Positions 47,339-56,692 of a stretch of DNA of 64,000 bases are shown here, in pieces; within the stretch, counting starts at the first letter, position 1, and every line of letters starts with the position of its first letter. The position numbers and the translations under genes were made by a program. Below the pieces are notes generated by a model. The model saw only the letters and a program-made list of their open reading frames with translations. It was not told where the DNA came from and ran no database searches. Origin of the DNA: Candidatus Amesbacteria bacterium GW2011_GWB1_47_19 (GTDB lineage Bacteria > Patescibacteriota > Microgenomatia > CAZETR01 > Amesbacteraceae); NCBI GenBank assembly GCA_001002325.1, contig LCNZ01000007.1:26763-90762 (forward strand), written 5' to 3'.

Positions 47339-48262
47339 ATGAACAAATTGTTACTGGTTGACGGGAATGCGGTGCTGCACCGGGCATATTATGCCCTGCC
47401 GGATTGGAGAAACAGATCCGGGGAGGCGACGGCGGGAGTATACGGATTTTTGTCCATGATTTTGAAAGCGATTGAGGAGCTGAAGCCGACGCATCTGGCA
47501 GTAGTGTTTGACTGCCCGGAACCAACCTTCAGACACACCATGTACGTGGGGTATCAGGTGACGCGGGAGAAGGACAGGCAGGTATCGGAAGATATCTGGG
47601 GACAAGTGGAGAAATTGAAGATCGTATTTGAAAAAATGGGGGTTCCGGTATTTGCCGTACCCAGTTTCGAGGCGGATGACGTGATAGGTACTCTGGCGAA
47701 GCAGTCGACGGACGGAGAAGTAATTATTATTACAGGGGACAGGGATCTGATGCAGTTGGTAAATGAAAAAGTGAAACTATTTATGCCGCAAAAAGGTCTT
47801 TCTGATGCGGTGCTGGTCGACGGCGAAAAAGTCATACAAAGACTGGGAGTGCATCCGAAGCAAGTTGTGGACTACAAGGGGCTGATGGGAGACAGCAGTG
47901 ATAATTATCCGGGAGTGGCGGGTATCGGGCCGAAAACCGCGGCGCACCTGCTGGCGGAGCACGGTTCGCTTAAAGATATTTATAAACAAATCACAAATAC
48001 AAAACCGAATGATACGAAGAAACCGAAGATAGTACCCGCTATCACCGACAAATTGATAAAGGGCTATGATGCGGCGATGCTGTCGAAACAATTGGCGACG
48101 ATCAGAACTGACGTGCCGGTGAGTTGGGAGCCGGAAAAGGCTTCGGTTCCGAGTGAAGAAAAAATACTGGCAGTACTGAAGGAATTGGGGTATAAGAGCT
48201 TAGTAAAACGAATCAACCAGAATGAAGAGATTGATGAAAACCAACAAAAATTGTTTGAGTAG
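47339..48262 (+). CDS. 5'-3' exonuclease (stand-alone Pol I-type FEN domain)
   Basis: 'LLLVDGNAVLHRAYYAL' and 'GDSSDNYPGVAGIGPKTAAHLL' (H3TH). Confidence 0.8.
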   Translation: MNKLLLVDGNAVLHRAYYALPDWRNRSGEATAGVYGFLSMILKAIEELKPTHLAVVFDCPEPTFRHTMYVGYQVTREKDRQVSEDIWGQVEKLKIVFEKMGVPVFAVPSFEADDVIGTLAKQSTDGEVIIITGDRDLMQLVNEKVKLFMPQKGLSDAVLVDGEKVIQRLGVHPKQVVDYKGLMGDSSDNYPGVAGIGPKTAAHLLAEHGSLKDIYKQITNTKPNDTKKPKIVPAITDKLIKGYDAAMLSKQLATIRTDVPVSWEPEKASVPSEEKILAVLKELGYKSLVKRINQNEEIDENQQKLFE

Positions 48263-48268
48263 GAAAAT

Positions 48269-49438
48269 ATGAATGTTGCTTTGGTACATGATTACCTGAA
48301 GGAACCCGGGGGGGCGGAAGCGGTACTGATAGCTTTGAAAGAAATCTGGCCGGAAGCACCGGTCTATACGGCGTATAAGTTTCCCCGTTTTTGGGGAAGA
48401 TATAAAACGATGTTGGACAAATGGGTGATACATGAAAGCTGGGGAAAATATTTACCATTCCTGCCGAAGTTACTGAGCCACTACACCATCCTGTCTCCGC
48501 TGTTTTTTGAGAGTTTTGATTTGACGAAATATGACCTGGTAGTGGTTTCGGCTGCCGGCGGATATTTTCCAAACGCTGTGAAAATCGGGCCGAAGACAAA
48601 GCTGGTGACTTATTGCCATACCCCCCCCCGGTTTCTGTACGGATATGATACGGCGACAAAAGAGCGATTTAAGTGGTATTGGAGACCGGTTTCAGAAATT
48701 GCCAACCATATTTTACGGATGGTGGATTTTAAGCTGGCCCAAAGACCGCATTTGTTTATTGCCAATTCGAAAAATGTCAGAAACAGGATAAGGAAGTTTT
48801 ACAGAAGAGAGGCGGAGGTGGTGTATCCCCCGATTGAAATTCAAAATTCAAAAAATAAAAATCAAATCAAAAACAAGCAAAGCTTGCGCTACGCGAATAA
48901 AAATCAAATATTCAAAAGGGATTATTTTGTGATTGTGTCGAGAATTATCGGATCAAAAAATATCGAACTGGCGGTGGAGGCGGCGAACCAGTTTAAGTTT
49001 AAGTTGAAGATAGCAGGGAGACCAATTGGTAAAGGCGGAGATGAGATTGCTGCTAAAATCCGGGGGAAATATACAGAATACCTGGGGGAGGTAAGCGAGG
49101 ACGGAAAGGCAAATTTATTGGCAGGAGCGAAGGCTTTTCTGGCACTGGAAAAAGATGCAGATTTCGGGATGACAGCAGTGGAGCCTCAGGTTTACGGAAC
49201 ACCGGTGATTGCTTTTCGAAACGGGGGATATCTGGAGGCGGTGGAGAAAAATAAAACGGGAATATTTTTTGATGAACTGACCCCGAAAGGACTGTGGAGT
49301 GCTATCGGCCAGTTTAATAAAATGAAGTGGAATAGAAAGTTAATCCAAAATAATGCAGCCAAATTTTCCAAAGAGAGATTTATCCGGGAAATATTAATCC
49401 AAATTAATAATATAAATAAACATGCCGGAATTGCCTGA
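48269..49438 (+). CDS. Family 4 (GT1-fold) glycosyltransferase with in-frame repeat insertion
   Basis: C-terminal 'E.FG...EA...G.PVIA' GT4 motif region (FGMTAVEPQVYGTPVIAF); insertion 'IQNSKNKNQIKNKQSLRYANKNQIFK'. Confidence 0.7.
   Translation: MNVALVHDYLKEPGGAEAVLIALKEIWPEAPVYTAYKFPRFWGRYKTMLDKWVIHESWGKYLPFLPKLLSHYTILSPLFFESFDLTKYDLVVVSAAGGYFPNAVKIGPKTKLVTYCHTPPRFLYGYDTATKERFKWYWRPVSEIANHILRMVDFKLAQRPHLFIANSKNVRNRIRKFYRREAEVVYPPIEIQNSKNKNQIKNKQSLRYANKNQIFKRDYFVIVSRIIGSKNIELAVEAANQFKFKLKIAGRPIGKGGDEIAAKIRGKYTEYLGEVSEDGKANLLAGAKAFLALEKDADFGMTAVEPQVYGTPVIAFRNGGYLEAVEKNKTGIFFDELTPKGLWSAIGQFNKMKWNRKLIQNNAAKFSKERFIREILIQINNINKHAGIA
48835..48918. repeat. AAATTCAAA-type repeat element with GC hairpin core (gcaaagcttgcgctacgcg), in frame in the GT4 gene
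   Basis: attcaaaattcaaaaaataaaaatcaaatcaaaaacaagcaaagcttgcgctacgcgaataaaaatcaaatattcaaaag. Confidence 0.75.
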
Positions 49439-50306
49439 GATCGAGACGATCAGGATGCAGCTGAGAAAAGTTCTGCCGGGAAAAATAATTAATAAAATAG
49501 AGGTGTTGAAGCCGAAATCGTTTCAGGGAAAGAAGGAGCTGGTAGAGGGGAAGAGAGTGGTGGGGGTGAAGAGATTGGCGAAAGTACTGTTGATAGACCT
49601 CGAAGGTGATATAGATATCGCGATACATTTTAAGATGACGGGACAACTCGTCTGGGTACCGGACGATAATTTTCAACATTTAAAAAAAAGGGTGGTGGGG
49701 GGGCATCCCACAGCCGATTTTGTAGGGACATTGCCGAGTAAGCATACGAGGGTGGTATTGCATATGGATTCCGGGACTTTGTATTTTAACGACCAGAGGA
49801 TTTTCGGGTGGGTGAAGGCGGGGACGAAAGAGGAGATTGCTAATATGAAGTTTTTGAAAGAATTGGGGCCGGAGCCCATGAATATTTCTGAGGAAGAATT
49901 CATTAAACTGATAAGTAAACGGAAAAAGCCGGTAAAGCTGGTGTTGATGGATCAGACAGAGATTTCTGGTGTGGGAAATATTTATGCAAACGATGCCTGC
50001 TGGGAAGCAAAAGTTAACCCCCGGCGGCTGGCAAATTCTTTGACCAGGAGGCAATATCAGGATTTATATCGGGGGGTGATTAAGGTCCTGGAAGAGGGGA
50101 TAAAGTACGGGGGAGCGACAGCGGCGGATGCGAAATATATTGATTTGCACGGCTTGGGCGGTCATTATCAGGAGCATTTCCGGGTGTATGACCGGGAAGG
50201 GGAAGAGTGCAGAAGACCTGCCTGCCGGCAGGCAGGTGGAGGAATAATTCACCGGCTGGCTTTGGGGGGAAGAGGGACCTACTTTTGCCCCAAGTGTCAA
50301 ATATAA
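49422..50306 (+). CDS. fpg: Formamidopyrimidine-DNA glycosylase (Fpg/MutM; Nei family)
   Basis: 'MPELPEIETIR' N-terminal catalytic Pro2, H2TH, and a C-terminal zinc finger C-x2-C...C-x2-C. Confidence 0.8.
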   Translation: MPELPEIETIRMQLRKVLPGKIINKIEVLKPKSFQGKKELVEGKRVVGVKRLAKVLLIDLEGDIDIAIHFKMTGQLVWVPDDNFQHLKKRVVGGHPTADFVGTLPSKHTRVVLHMDSGTLYFNDQRIFGWVKAGTKEEIANMKFLKELGPEPMNISEEEFIKLISKRKKPVKLVLMDQTEISGVGNIYANDACWEAKVNPRRLANSLTRRQYQDLYRGVIKVLEEGIKYGGATAADAKYIDLHGLGGHYQEHFRVYDREGEECRRPACRQAGGGIIHRLALGGRGTYFCPKCQI

Positions 50307-50677
50307 ATACGCTGTATGGGCATAAGTTGAGTAAAATGTGATATGATGTGTTCATGGTAGGGGAAGCAGACCGGGAAACCCAGGGGGGTGCGAGGTTAAA
50401 AACAAGAAGGGATATTGCCATGAAGAGGGGGGGTTTGAGTGTTCTTTGGGGAGATTTGGAAGCTGCACAGACGGGACCGTTCGGGATGGAGAATTAGATG
50501 GTAGAAGTCTTACAAGACTTAAGTCGGTTAGAGATGAAGAAACGGCCGGATATGCGTTTCGTCAAATTGAGAGACTTGTTGATAGGGGAATGGGATGGAG
50601 AAGGGCTGTCCAGGTAGCGGATAGATTGACCGAAAAGCAGTTTCAGGCAAAGCGTGAGTAACGGTTATAATTAGCGG

Positions 50678-51652
50678 GTGATAATTACCCAGACTCCACT
50701 GAGAATCAGTTTTGCCGGAGGGGGGACTGATTTTCCGGATTTTTTCAATAAGCATCGGGGCAGAGTGGTGTCCATGGCGGTAGATAAATATATTTATTGC
50801 GTGGTCAAGGAAAGGTTTGATGATTTGATAGTAGTGGGGTATACCAAACGGGAAGTAGTGGAAAAAGTGGCGGAGATTGGGCATGAACTGGTGCGGGAAG
50901 CAATGCGTAAAACCGGGGTGAAGAAGGGAGTGGAAATCACTTTTTTGTCGGATATTCCTTCGGCCGGATCCGGATTGGGGTCATCGTCGGCAGTGACGGT
51001 GGGAGTGTTGAACGCTTTGTATCAATACCGGGGCAAGGCTGTGGAAGCGGTGAAGTTAGCCGAGGAAGCATGCGAAATAGAAATTGAAATTCTGGGGAAA
51101 CCGGTCGGAGTACAGGACCAGTATATTGCGGCCTTCGGGGGGATAAGATACATGGAGTTTTCCGGGCGGGGAGTGAAAGTGTCGGAAGTGGCCGTAAACG
51201 GAGAAACGAAAGACGATTTGGAAAAACAACTGATGGTATTTTATACGGGCCGAACCAGGCAGGCGGAAGAGGTGCTGGCAGAGCAGAAGGAAAATATTTC
51301 CAAAAAGACCAAGCTGCTAAATCAAATGGTCGATCAGGCAGTGAAAGCTAAAGAGTTTTTGGAGCGGGGGAGGATAGAGGATTTGGGGAAACTGTTGAAT
51401 AAGGGGTGGCAGCTAAAAAAACAGATGGCGAGCAGGATCAGTGACCGGGAGATTGACGACAAGTACCGGGCGGCTGTCAAGGCCGGAGCATGGGGCGGGA
51501 AAATATGCGGTGCCGGCGGGGGAGGATTTTTGATGCTTCTGGTACCCGGTAATCGGCGGGATGCCGTCCGGCGGGCGGTGAACGGATGGCGGGAAGTACC
51601 ATTCGGCCCGGCGATGGACGGAAGCAAAGTGATTTTTAACGTGAGAAGATAG
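50678..51652 (+). CDS. GHMP-family sugar kinase (HddA/heptose-7-phosphate kinase-like)
   Basis: 'TPLRISFAGGGTDFPDFF' N-terminus and 'PSAGSGLGSSSAVTV' GHMP motif 2. Confidence 0.7.
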   Translation: MIITQTPLRISFAGGGTDFPDFFNKHRGRVVSMAVDKYIYCVVKERFDDLIVVGYTKREVVEKVAEIGHELVREAMRKTGVKKGVEITFLSDIPSAGSGLGSSSAVTVGVLNALYQYRGKAVEAVKLAEEACEIEIEILGKPVGVQDQYIAAFGGIRYMEFSGRGVKVSEVAVNGETKDDLEKQLMVFYTGRTRQAEEVLAEQKENISKKTKLLNQMVDQAVKAKEFLERGRIEDLGKLLNKGWQLKKQMASRISDREIDDKYRAAVKAGAWGGKICGAGGGGFLMLLVPGNRRDAVRRAVNGWREVPFGPAMDGSKVIFNVRR

Positions 51653-51661
51653 GACAGGATC

Positions 51662-52711
51662 ATGCGGATACTGCAGGTGATATTGAAGAATTTCAGGAAT
51701 TATAAGGAGGCTGAGTTTGAACCGGAAGTAAAGACGGTGGTATACGGATCAAACGGGAGTGGGAAAAGTAACCTGTTGGAGGCCATCTATCTGGCTGCCA
51801 CAGGGAAAAGCTTCAGAGCGGAGAGAGATGACGAGATGATCAGATACGGGGAGAAATTTTCAATTTTAAATTTTCAATTTTTAAATAATTCTCAAATTTT
51901 CAATTTCCAAATCACCTTAACTGACGGGAGTATAGGGGTGACCAGGAAGAAATTTGAAGTGAACGGGATACCCAAGAGGATGGTGGATTTTGCGGGCAGA
52001 CTGAGGGCGGTGCTTTTCGGACCACAGGATATTGAGCTGGTGACGGGAAACCCAAGCGGGAGGAGACGATATCTGGATTTTGTAATTTTTCAGACAGACA
52101 GGGAATACAGAAGATGCCATTTGTCATATGAAAAGGGCTTACGACAAAGGAATAAACTGCTGGATTTTATCAGGGACGGAGCAGCAGGCAGGAACCAGCT
52201 GTTTTTTTGGGACAAATTGCTGATAAAGAACGGGGAGTACATTACTCAAAAAAGAACCGAATATATTGAATTTTTAAATGGTTTCAAAGAGGCAGGGGGG
52301 CAGAGATACAAAGTGGAATATGACAAAAGCCTGATTTCCCAGGTGAGACTGGAGCAGTATGCCCAAGAGGAGATCGCTGCAGGTAATACACTGGTGGGAC
52401 CACATAGGGATGACTTCGTCATTAAAATTCAAAATGATTGGAAGGATGTGAGTAAATATGGATCCCGGGGGGAGCAGAGGATGGCGGTATTGTGGCTGAA
52501 ACTGGGGGAGTTAAAGTTTTTGTCGGAGGATGTACAGCAACCGGTATTGCTGCTTGATGATATTTTTTCGGAATTGGACCACAAACACAGACGTGAGATA
52601 GAGATAGAGATAGAGAGCCTGGTGGAGAAAGGGGGACAGGTGATCATGACTACTGCCGATGAGCATCTGGTGCCGACCGACGGATGGAATATAATTAAAT
52701 TACCAATTTGA
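51662..52711 (+). CDS. recF: DNA replication/repair protein RecF with two in-frame repeat insertions
   Basis: Walker A 'GSNGSGKSNLLEAIY' and signature 'LLDDIFSELD'. Insertions 'FSILNFQFLNNSQIFNFQ' and 'REIEIEIE'. Confidence 0.85.
   Translation: MRILQVILKNFRNYKEAEFEPEVKTVVYGSNGSGKSNLLEAIYLAATGKSFRAERDDEMIRYGEKFSILNFQFLNNSQIFNFQITLTDGSIGVTRKKFEVNGIPKRMVDFAGRLRAVLFGPQDIELVTGNPSGRRRYLDFVIFQTDREYRRCHLSYEKGLRQRNKLLDFIRDGAAGRNQLFFWDKLLIKNGEYITQKRTEYIEFLNGFKEAGGQRYKVEYDKSLISQVRLEQYAQEEIAAGNTLVGPHRDDFVIKIQNDWKDVSKYGSRGEQRMAVLWLKLGELKFLSEDVQQPVLLLDDIFSELDHKHRREIEIEIESLVEKGGQVIMTTADEHLVPTDGWNIIKLPI
51854..51912. repeat. AATTTTC-type repeat element, in frame in recF
   Basis: aaattttcaattttaaattttcaatttttaaataattctcaaattttcaatttccaaa. 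Confidence 0.75.
52595..52617. repeat. (GAGATA)n in frame in recF (EIEIEIE)
   Basis: gagatagagatagagatagagag. Confidence 0.8.
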
Positions 52712-52737
52712 AATATTAAATTTGAAATCAATTTGCA
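52712..52737. repeat. Intergenic AT-rich repeat of the same family (atttgaaat/ttcaattttcaa)
   Basis: aaatattaaatttgaaatcaatttgcaatgattcaattttcaa spans the recF-nnr spacer. Confidence 0.5.
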
Positions 52738-53601
52738 ATGATTCAATTTTCAACAGATCAATTAAAAGAGTTGTGGCAACCAAAAGTTGATTCATATGGG
52801 GAGGATAACGGACAAGTGACAATTATCGGGGGATCAAGACTGTTTCACGGGGCACCGATTCTGGCCCTGAGAGCGGCATCACGGTTGGCGGACATGGTAT
52901 TTTTTGCCTCACCGGAGCCAACATCGGGGGAAGTGGCGGCGAAGATTAAATCCAAACTCTCAAGTTTTATCTGGGTACCATGGGGGGAAGTTGAAGAGTA
53001 TATCAAGAAATCCGACGCAGTACTTATAGGGCCAGGATTGATGCGCTTTAAGCGGGAAGATTCAAGATTTAAGATTCAGGATTTAAGAAAAAGTTTAGAT
53101 GAAGCAGGAACTTTGACCAGGTCTATAACAAAATATTTGTTACAAAAATTTCCTGAAAAACAGTGGGTGATTGACGGGGGGAGTCTGCAAGTGATGGAGG
53201 CGGAGTGGATACCTAAAAATGCCATTTTGACGCCGAACCGGAAGGAGTATGAATCGCTGTTTAAATTTCAATTTTCAATTTCCAATTTTCAAACATTTGC
53301 CCAAAAATATAAATGCGTTATTGTGTATAAAAACCCTGTGAGTTACGTAACTGATGGGGAGATGACTTATGAAATAACCGGAGGTAATGCTGGTTTGACC
53401 AAAGGGGGGACCGGGGATGTACTTGCGGGAGTGACGGCCGGTTTGGCGGCTAAAAACGTACGGATGTTGGCAGCAGGTGCGGCTATCTGGTTGGTGAAAA
53501 AGACAGCCGATATGTTATTTGAGAAGGTGGGATATGCTTATAACGCGGACATGCTGGCGGAGGAAATTTTTGAGACATACCGGCAGTTTGTGGTAGATTG
53601 A
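52738..53601 (+). CDS. NAD(P)H-hydrate dehydratase (YjeF C-terminal / Nnr family) with in-frame repeat insertion
   Basis: 'GGSRLFHGAPILA' and 'GGTGDVLAGV'; insertion 'FKFQFSISNFQTF'. Confidence 0.7.
   Translation: MIQFSTDQLKELWQPKVDSYGEDNGQVTIIGGSRLFHGAPILALRAASRLADMVFFASPEPTSGEVAAKIKSKLSSFIWVPWGEVEEYIKKSDAVLIGPGLMRFKREDSRFKIQDLRKSLDEAGTLTRSITKYLLQKFPEKQWVIDGGSLQVMEAEWIPKNAILTPNRKEYESLFKFQFSISNFQTFAQKYKCVIVYKNPVSYVTDGEMTYEITGGNAGLTKGGTGDVLAGVTAGLAAKNVRMLAAGAAIWLVKKTADMLFEKVGYAYNADMLAEEIFETYRQFVVD
53272..53302. repeat. AATTTTC-type repeat, in frame
   Basis: taaatttcaattttcaatttccaattttcaa. Confidence 0.75.
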
Positions 53602-53608
53602 TGAAGCT

Positions 53609-54964
53609 ATGGAAAATAAGTATGACGTGGTGATTGTGGGGGCCGGCCCGGCAGGAATGTTTTGCGCTTTTGAATTGGTGAAACTCAATAAAAAGCTGAA
53701 GATCGGCCTTTTAGAAGATGGTCCCAGGCTGGAGGGTAGGAATGGGGGGGATGTAATGTCCGGTTTTGGAGGAGCAGGGACATATTCGGACGGGAAGCTC
53801 CAGTTTACTCCGAAACTATCGCATGAGAGAGTGTTTCACCTGATTGAACCGGAGAAATATCAGGATATCCTGGATTATATTGACGGAATATTTATGAACT
53901 TCGGGGTGGAGGCAGTGTCGTATCCGAGAAATCCTGACGAGGTGAAAATGCTGGTCGAAGAAGCGCAGAAAAGGAATATTGAACTGATTGTACGCCGGGC
54001 AAAACATGTGGGAACCGATAACCTGAGAAAGGTAATCGGGAAGTTTGAGAATCATTTGGAACAGTCAGGGGTGGAGTTGGTGACAGATTGCCGGGTGGAG
54101 GATTTGTGGATTGAGGATGGAAAGCTGATGGGAGTGGAGACTAAAAAAAACGGAAAGATCGGAGCCGGTAAGGTGGTATTGGCACCCGGGAGAATAGGCG
54201 CCAGGTGGCTACAGGAACTGGGGGATAAAAGGGGAATCAAATACCAATACGATATGGTGGAAGTGGGAGTGAGGGTAGAATTTCCGGCGGCGGTGATGCA
54301 GAGGTACGCGGAGGCGTTATATGAGATAGTGCTGAAAATTAGGACAAAAACCTATGACGATGTAATGAGAACTTTTTGTACGTGTCCCAAGGGTTTTGTG
54401 GCGGTTGAGGAATACCAGGGTTACGTATGCGTGAACGGTCATTCATATTCCAGCCATGACTCCGAAAATTCCAACTTTGCATTCGTATGTGAAGTTCACT
54501 TGACTGAACCGGTGGAGAACTCGATTGCTTACGCAGAATCTATAGCCAGACTGGCGTCAACAATCGGAGGAGGGAAACCGTTACTGCAGAGACTGGAAGA
54601 TCTGCGCCGGGGAAGAAGAAGTACCTGGTCGAGGCTGAAGAAATCCATTGTAAGACCTTCCCTGACTGATGTGACACCAGGAGATATTTCCATGGCCTTG
54701 CCTCACCGAATAGTGACCAATATCATTGAGGGGTTGGAGAAGCTGGATGAGGTGATGCCCGGGATAAACTCCGGGTCGACGCTTTTATATGCACCGGAAG
54801 TAAAATTCAGGTCTTCCAAGGTTACAACGAAACCGGATATGCAGACCAGTGTTCCGAATGTGTATGTAGCGGGAGATGCTTCGGGACTATCCGGGACAAT
54901 TACGGGAGCAGCTGCGACAGGGATAATGGCGGCGAGGGGGATTGCTGCAAACATGAAGACTTGA
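53609..54964 (+). CDS. FAD-dependent oxidoreductase (COG2509-like)
   Basis: 'YDVVIVGAGPAGMFCA' FAD-binding Rossmann motif; ~450 aa. Confidence 0.6.
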   Translation: MENKYDVVIVGAGPAGMFCAFELVKLNKKLKIGLLEDGPRLEGRNGGDVMSGFGGAGTYSDGKLQFTPKLSHERVFHLIEPEKYQDILDYIDGIFMNFGVEAVSYPRNPDEVKMLVEEAQKRNIELIVRRAKHVGTDNLRKVIGKFENHLEQSGVELVTDCRVEDLWIEDGKLMGVETKKNGKIGAGKVVLAPGRIGARWLQELGDKRGIKYQYDMVEVGVRVEFPAAVMQRYAEALYEIVLKIRTKTYDDVMRTFCTCPKGFVAVEEYQGYVCVNGHSYSSHDSENSNFAFVCEVHLTEPVENSIAYAESIARLASTIGGGKPLLQRLEDLRRGRRSTWSRLKKSIVRPSLTDVTPGDISMALPHRIVTNIIEGLEKLDEVMPGINSGSTLLYAPEVKFRSSKVTTKPDMQTSVPNVYVAGDASGLSGTITGAAATGIMAARGIAANMKT

Positions 54965-54996
54965 CTTTAACAGAATGTATCCTATAATGTGTGTAA

Positions 54997-55338
54997 ATGG
55001 TGGAGGTTGGTGTAGGAGATAAAGTTAGACAGATTCGTGAAGGAGTTAATCCTGACGAAGTTATTTTTAGAGTTGTACGAATTGGTAGAGAAAATATTGG
55101 TGGCCGAAATATGACCGGGGCGGAATTATTATGTAAAAACAAAAGACCAGGAAATCGTATGCTAATTTTTTGTGAGGGTAAATTAAGTCCGAACGGTGGG
55201 AAGGTCCAATTGCCTGGATATCAGGAAATACAACTAACAGACGGAAAGATGATGACTATTAGGTTGGAACTAGTTGAAGAGGAGGAACGTAGAGGGTTGA
55301 GTGCGTGGGTGAGAGGTCATTTCAGAAGATCGGCTTGA
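54997..55338 (+). CDS. Hypothetical protein
   Basis: 113 aa ORF upstream of the Fic gene; no motif recognised. Confidence 0.25.
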   Translation: MVEVGVGDKVRQIREGVNPDEVIFRVVRIGRENIGGRNMTGAELLCKNKRPGNRMLIFCEGKLSPNGGKVQLPGYQEIQLTDGKMMTIRLELVEEEERRGLSAWVRGHFRRSA

Positions 55339-55390
55339 TATTTACCGCAGAATTACCGTAGAATATCCGCAAAGGTTCGGAATCCGGAAT

Positions 55391-56494
55391 ATGTATATTC
55401 CCAAGTACACTATAACCACCGAAGTTCTAAGGAATATCGGGTTGGTGGAGGCGGCAAAAGAGGTGATTGAGAATGCACCGCTAGTGCCTGCCTGGGAAGC
55501 AAAATTCCGGGATGAGGCATTGCTTAAGGCAGCTCATTACGGTACAGCTTTGGAAGGTAACGACCTGACGATGGGAGAAGCAAAACTGATCGTGGAAAGG
55601 GAGCTGGATACGGTCGGACAGGCGCAGGATGCGGGTGTGGTAGCCAGAGAGCGGGACGTTCAGGAAGTGATTAATTACCGGAAGGTAATGGAGTTTTTGG
55701 ATGCGTGTATGGAAACCGCCAGAGGAGAGGGGTTTGAATATACCAATGATTTACTATTGGAGATTCACCGGTTGGTAGTCAACCGGGTGGTGGCCTCTGA
55801 GCAAGCGGGTAAGTTCAGAGAGACCCAGGTGGTATTGCGGAACAGTATTACAGGTGAGGTAGGGTTTCGTCCTCCGAGCGCCCTGGAAGTGCCGTTTCTG
55901 GCAGACGAGTTTTTCCGCTGGCTAAACAGCAGTTTCGGCCGGAGGGAGCATCCGGTGCTCAGGGCGGGAATAGTCCATTATGTGCTGGCGGCGGTGCATC
56001 CTTTTGTGGAAGGTAACGGACGGACAGCGCGGGCTTTTGCCACCCTGGTACTGTTAAAGGAGGGTTATGAAGTGAAGAAATTTTTTGCGCTGGAAGAATA
56101 TTTTGACAAGCATGCCGAGGAATATTTCGGCAGTCTGATGGAAGTGTCAAACCAGGCCTTGAGACTGGAAGACCGGGATTTGACAGTGTGGCTGGAGACG
56201 TTTACCAGGGCACTGGCTTTGGAATTGTCCCGCATCAAGGACCAGGTGCGGGAGTTGTCGCTGGATATAAAAATAAAACAGAAGATGGGTAAGCAGATTG
56301 CCCTGTCTGAACGGCAGATGAAAATAATGGAGTACCTAAACGCTAATGGTGAAATTACCATGGCGGAGGCCAGGGGAGTGCTGGCCATGGTGTCCGAGGA
56401 TACTATCCTGCGGGATCTGAGAGATCTGATGGATAAACGGGTGGTAACTAAAAAAGGATCTACCAAAGCTGCCAAGTACGTAATTAAAAGATAA
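55391..56494 (+). CDS. Fic/DOC-family protein (AMPylase-like) with C-terminal winged HTH
   Basis: Fic motif 'HPFVEGNGRTARA'; N-terminal inhibitory-helix-like 'TALEGN'. Confidence 0.8.
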   Translation: MYIPKYTITTEVLRNIGLVEAAKEVIENAPLVPAWEAKFRDEALLKAAHYGTALEGNDLTMGEAKLIVERELDTVGQAQDAGVVARERDVQEVINYRKVMEFLDACMETARGEGFEYTNDLLLEIHRLVVNRVVASEQAGKFRETQVVLRNSITGEVGFRPPSALEVPFLADEFFRWLNSSFGRREHPVLRAGIVHYVLAAVHPFVEGNGRTARAFATLVLLKEGYEVKKFFALEEYFDKHAEEYFGSLMEVSNQALRLEDRDLTVWLETFTRALALELSRIKDQVRELSLDIKIKQKMGKQIALSERQMKIMEYLNANGEITMAEARGVLAMVSEDTILRDLRDLMDKRVVTKKGSTKAAKYVIKR

Positions 56495-56692
56495 TTTATG
56501 CTCAGTGTAACGCAAATGCTGTTCATGGGGCTGGCCCTGCCCGCACTTTTCGGCCTGTCACTATTGGGTGAAGGATTGTACCAGATGTCACACTATGAAC
56601 GGGGATGGCTGAACCTGATTTTGGGGAGTCTGTTTCTGGGGGTGGTGGCTTTCGGATATTTTTTCCTGAAGGGAATAGTATAATTTAAATCC

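Noticed and set aside
50446-50661. 71-aa ORF between fpg and the GHMP kinase gene
   Set aside because: No RBS or motif support. It could be a real small protein, but the evidence is insufficient to list it as a gene.
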